A stretch of 64,000 nucleotides of DNA, taken from Candidatus Hermodarchaeota archaeon. Its GTDB lineage: Archaea > Asgardarchaeota > Lokiarchaeia > Sigyniarchaeales > SOKP01. Within the stretch, counting starts at the first letter, position 1. Each line of letters begins with the position of its first letter. The stretch covers positions 259,105 through 323,104 of the forward strand of contig JBHLLG010000001.1 in the NCBI GenBank assembly GCA_048885925.1, read 5' to 3'. Below, piece after piece: positions 60,490 through 64,000 of this stretch. Under the pieces are notes generated by a model that did not search any database, had not been told where the DNA came from, and saw nothing but the letters and a program-made list of their open reading frames with translations. The translations under genes and the position numbers were made by a program.

Positions 60490-61596
60490 TTATGAAAAAT
60501 CAAACTTGTATTTGTCTAATCCCATCTCTTTCTGCATTTTTAGAATATCTTCTTGTATACTTTTGTTTAAAGGAATACCTTTCTCTTTTCTTTCAAGTTC
60601 AGCAAAATATTCTTTTTCTCCAGCGGTATATATTCGATCCTCATATGGTATTTTCCTTGAGTCTCTAAGATCTCTCATGACATTACCGGCTGTTCTTTTG
60701 AATGATTGTAATCCAGAAAAATTTTCAAGGTTAATCGCCAAGAAAAAGTGACCAACTTTAAGCCTTTTTTGACCATCCTCAACGATTCCAAGAGTGTCTT
60801 TTAAAAAAATACCCTCTTGTAAAGCAGCAGAGAGAAGTTCAACGACAGTTGCATAGCCATATCCTTTATATCCCGCTGTTTCTTCTCCCTTACCTCCTAA
60901 TGGCAATAGTGATGCTTTTCTTTCTAACATCTTTTTTAAAACTTTGTTAGGATTTGTTAAAATTTCACCATTTTCATCAATCACAGTATTTTCTGGAAGT
61001 AGTTTATTAATTCGAGCATTTACTTCAACTTTTCCTCTCTGTATGATTGAGGTAGCACAATCAAGAAGAAAAGGAAATTCCTCATCAGTAGGAGCTCCTA
61101 TTGTTAGTGGATTCGTTCCCAACATTGGTTCAGATCCAAAAGTTGGAGGAATAGATGGTCTCGCATTAGTAGTTACTATACCAATCATTCCTTCCTTTAT
61201 TGCCATAAGTGAATAATACCCAGCTATCCCAAAATGTGTAGAATTTCTAACTGCTACTGCTCCTAATCCATATTGTTTTGCTTTCTCAATTGCCATTTTC
61301 ATAGCCTTATAAGCGATTACATGACCCATTCCACAATTTCCATCTAAAAGGGCAGTCGTAAGGGTTTCTTTTATAACATCAATTTTAGTTATTGACTCGT
61401 AAATTCCTTCCTTAATTCGATCGTAATACATTTTACATCTCTGAATACCGTGTGACTCAATCCCTCTTAAATCGGAAGTAATTAGAACATTAGATATAAT
61501 AGTCGCATCTTCTTTAGGCACTCCAAGACCTTGAAAAACATCTCTCATAAAATTTTCAAGCTGATTAACATCAATATATACAATATCTTCCGACAT
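60490..61596 (-). CDS. Ldh_2 family oxidoreductase, copy 2
   Basis: SDLRGIESHG, NSTHFG, GTNP, YKGYG; close paralog of 9915-11075. Confidence 0.9.
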   Translation of the reverse strand: MSEDIVYIDVNQLENFMRDVFQGLGVPKEDATIISNVLITSDLRGIESHGIQRCKMYYDRIKEGIYESITKIDVIKETLTTALLDGNCGMGHVIAYKAMKMAIEKAKQYGLGAVAVRNSTHFGIAGYYSLMAIKEGMIGIVTTNARPSIPPTFGSEPMLGTNPLTIGAPTDEEFPFLLDCATSIIQRGKVEVNARINKLLPENTVIDENGEILTNPNKVLKKMLERKASLLPLGGKGEETAGYKGYGYATVVELLSAALQEGIFLKDTLGIVEDGQKRLKVGHFFLAINLENFSGLQSFKRTAGNVMRDLRDSRKIPYEDRIYTAGEKEYFAELERKEKGIPLNKSIQEDILKMQKEMGLDKYKFDFS

Positions 61597-61844
61597 TTTA
61601 GAAATTATTTTCTCGTGTTTGGTTATATTATATTTTTAAAACATTAAATCCGTTTAATTTTTACTTCTAAATAATAATTCTTATTATGAAATAAATAGTA
61701 ATATTCTTTTTCGTAATTCTATAAATATTTTCACTAAATGAAATATTTTCCACATATTATTTCCGTATATATATTACCAATTATACTAGCCTTTGTGATA
61801 CTATACAATGAATAATAGGATAATTATATATATTTAAGAAAGTT

Positions 61845-62702
61845 ATGAAGGAAAAAGAAAAACTGAAATGCCCGTTATGTAGTATTAAATTCATCCCGAG
61901 GACTTTTTACCCCGAAGAGTCAACATTTTCAAATACAGATGGAAAGATTTTATCTGGATTTGATGGTTATATAAGTTCTAGAGGCGTGAAACCATCTGAA
62001 GTAATCTTAGGTTCTTGGATTACATATTGTCCAAATTGCAATTATATTATGAAATTTGTTAAGGAAATTGTGAAAAAAGAAAAAATCCAATCACCAACCT
62101 TAGCAGCTAAAGATATTAAAGAAAAATATAATAATTATTACTTTGGATTTCCTTTTGAGGATTATTCACAATATTTAGCCAATGTTGCTAAGAATGTGAA
62201 TAAAAGTATTGAAAGCTCTCTTAAAGATTTGGATTTAAGTGTTTGGGAAAGTATGTATGATATTGAGGATACTTTTAAATTACTAGTTAGGTTTTATGCT
62301 AATCTAGAAAATTACTGCAACTCACAGAATCCAACAGATAAGGAGGCAGATTTACCGAGTAAAATAAAATTATTAAACATTTCTAAAGACTTGGAGAAAA
62401 CTTTAATAGAATTAAATGAAATAAGAAATCAAACTATTCAAGGAAAATATGAATTATCTGATAATGATAAAGATGAGATAAATAAAGCTGTTGTGAATTT
62501 TATATTAAATTTGATTGAAAGGCATATCAAGCCGCAAATTGATAGTAAAAAATTGAAAAATACATATAATTATATCGATTTAAAAGATCTTTATTCTGAA
62601 ATCAAAGCATTCCTTATTAGTTACTTAAACAGTTTTTTTAATCATGGAAAATCTGCTAATAATCAAATTAAACCATTTTTAGATCAAATCCTCTTAAATT
62701 GA
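61845..62702 (+). CDS. Zn-ribbon plus HEPN-like helical domain protein
   Basis: CPLC...CPNC; ELNEIRNQTIQG resembles the HEPN Rx4H motif with H replaced by Q. Confidence 0.55.
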   Translation: MKEKEKLKCPLCSIKFIPRTFYPEESTFSNTDGKILSGFDGYISSRGVKPSEVILGSWITYCPNCNYIMKFVKEIVKKEKIQSPTLAAKDIKEKYNNYYFGFPFEDYSQYLANVAKNVNKSIESSLKDLDLSVWESMYDIEDTFKLLVRFYANLENYCNSQNPTDKEADLPSKIKLLNISKDLEKTLIELNEIRNQTIQGKYELSDNDKDEINKAVVNFILNLIERHIKPQIDSKKLKNTYNYIDLKDLYSEIKAFLISYLNSFFNHGKSANNQIKPFLDQILLN

Positions 62703-62794
62703 GGGAATTATCTTCAATTTCTTATTTTATCATTACTGGCATGTTATCACCATGCTATTTCTTTTTTTGAATCTCCGTTTCTAATTTTAAGTTT

Positions 62795-62959
62795 ATGATA
62801 TTAAATGATTTAAATACTAAAGTTAAAGGTAAATTCTACAAGGAAGTTACTATTGATGATGATGATGGAGAGGATATCGTATATGTATTTCCAGATACAA
62901 AAGAATTCCTATCAATAATTAGGAGAAAAGAAATTAAAAACAATTTGAGATCCAAATAA
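62795..62959 (+). CDS. Candidate 54-aa small protein
   Basis: MILNDLNTKVKGKFYKEVTIDDDDGEDIVYVFPDTKEFLSIIRRKEIKNNLRSK; not in the ORF track. Confidence 0.35.
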   Translation: MILNDLNTKVKGKFYKEVTIDDDDGEDIVYVFPDTKEFLSIIRRKEIKNNLRSK

Positions 62960-63038
62960 TAAACAGGTTAAAAAGATAAAGAAATTTTAGTTGATTTATT
63001 GAAGGTATAACTTTAAATTTTATAGTGAATTATTATTC

Positions 63039-63317
63039 GTGGCCAACTTGGGCATGGCTGAAACCCCTTCTGCTGGGTGGACCACAAAATGCTCATAGTG
63101 GAAATTGCCTGAATTCAGATTTCATAAGCATTATTATCCAAGCTTATATTCCGTAGAAGCTGTCCCCATGATGGTGGGTGTCAGGGCAGTACCTTTTGTA
63201 GGAAAGGTATAAGCTCGTAATTAGAAAACCGGATAGGCCAGGGATGGAGCAGCCGTAACTATAGGCGTTCACGCTTCATGGTTAAGGCAGTGGAGGTGTA
63301 TGAGATTATTTGGTCAT
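63039..63317 (+). ncRNA. ffs: Archaeal SRP (7S) RNA
   Basis: GC-rich island; helix 1 GTGGCCAA/TTGGTCAT; helix 6 TACCTTTT-GTAG-GAAAGGTA with GNAR loop; helix-8 CCAGG...GAGCAGCC; TATA at about 63012. Confidence 0.8.
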
Positions 63318-63349
63318 AATAGTAGGATTGAAATCGAGGTTTAGGTTTT

Positions 63350-63814
63350 TTATTCTTTCGGATTATTAGTACTCTTTTTATCAAATTTTAATCTATATTT
63401 ACATTTTTTATTATTGGATTTGAGAATACATTCATTAATTTCTAATTTGTATGTATAATCGGAATTTAGTGAAGCTAATATTGCAGTTGTATAAGGGATA
63501 CATATTGTTTCTTGGATAAGTTTAGCACGTTCTGAATTATGTTTTCCTCCAATAGGGCAAAAACTTTTAGAATACTTAAGTGAAACCTCAAGATTATTGT
63601 CATCTAAACTTTTAATTGTAGTTTTAGCATTGAGAACATTATAAATTTTCTTTAAACCGCTTTGTACTTCTGTAATACCCCTAGATTTAAGAATTTTGCC
63701 TAATTTAGCACCTAAACTAGTTGAGATTGACTTTGGAAGATTCTCACCACCGATATCAATCATTTGGTAAATAAAGTTTTGAAAAAACTTTAATGCATCT
63801 CGGTTTTTTGACAT
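63350..63814 (-). CDS. V4R/methanogen-output-domain-like (Bet3-related fold) protein
   Basis: LGAKLGK, FCPIGG, ICIPYTTAIL, ECI...CKY. Confidence 0.65.
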   Translation of the reverse strand: MSKNRDALKFFQNFIYQMIDIGGENLPKSISTSLGAKLGKILKSRGITEVQSGLKKIYNVLNAKTTIKSLDDNNLEVSLKYSKSFCPIGGKHNSERAKLIQETICIPYTTAILASLNSDYTYKLEINECILKSNNKKCKYRLKFDKKSTNNPKE

Positions 63815-64000
63815 AATAATGATTCTATAATTTTAATAAAATAAAGAAAAGTATAGTTAAATCTCTACTTTTAGATATATAAAAATTATTATCAAAATTA
63901 TTTATTTAACAATAAAATAGAAAAGTTAAAGATTTCCAATAAATGTCTAATATTTTAATTAAGAAATGCCGAATTTAGTAGAAATTTAATGAAATTTATA

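Noticed and set aside
226-61216. Many short antisense or overlapping ORFs in the track (e.g. 2917-3207, 11662-11979, 30506-30763, 44770-45018, 60944-61216)
   Set aside because: Shadow frames of well-supported genes with no recognisable motifs
62855-62866. GAT microsatellite
   Set aside because: Only four units, explained as an Asp run in a small ORF
1-64000. CRISPR array, tRNA, rRNA, transposase or integrase
   Set aside because: No regularly spaced repeats, cloverleaf, rRNA-like tract or recombinase motifs were seen

Overview
AT-rich archaeal DNA whose gene set (longin-like, roadblock plus MglA-type GTPase, V4R-like, TFB-like, RadA, Hef, Hel308, FEN1) points to an Asgard archaeon, most likely Lokiarchaeia (inference). 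The flanks (1-16 kb and 60-64 kb) hold ordinary metabolic genes (dus, mtnA, RidA, PhzF, radical SAM, CDF, two Ldh_2 paralogs) and an SRP RNA whose helix-8 tip looks truncated. The centre (about 16.3-60.3 kb) is a coherent island. It combines atypical recombination proteins (RadA with an extra HhH domain, RadB-like, FANCM-like Hef, Hel308 with a SWIM finger, divergent FEN1, a PC4/Whirly-like protein) with a membrane-anchored HhH protein, a giant membrane HerA/VirB4-like ATPase with degenerate motifs, a VirB2/CedA1-like pilin candidate, an M50-type protease, an MglAB pair and TFB paralogs. Most island genes share an unusual promoter, a T-tract followed by TTTAWATA where a purine-rich BRE is expected. 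This suggests a DNA-exchange/recombination regulon driven by an alternative TFB. Two copies of an unannotated, covarying ~120-130 nt structured element with an Sm-site-like core occur at 11.3 kb and 47.6 kb. A glycyl radical enzyme plus activase interrupts the island. All calls were made by eye from motifs; no searches were run.
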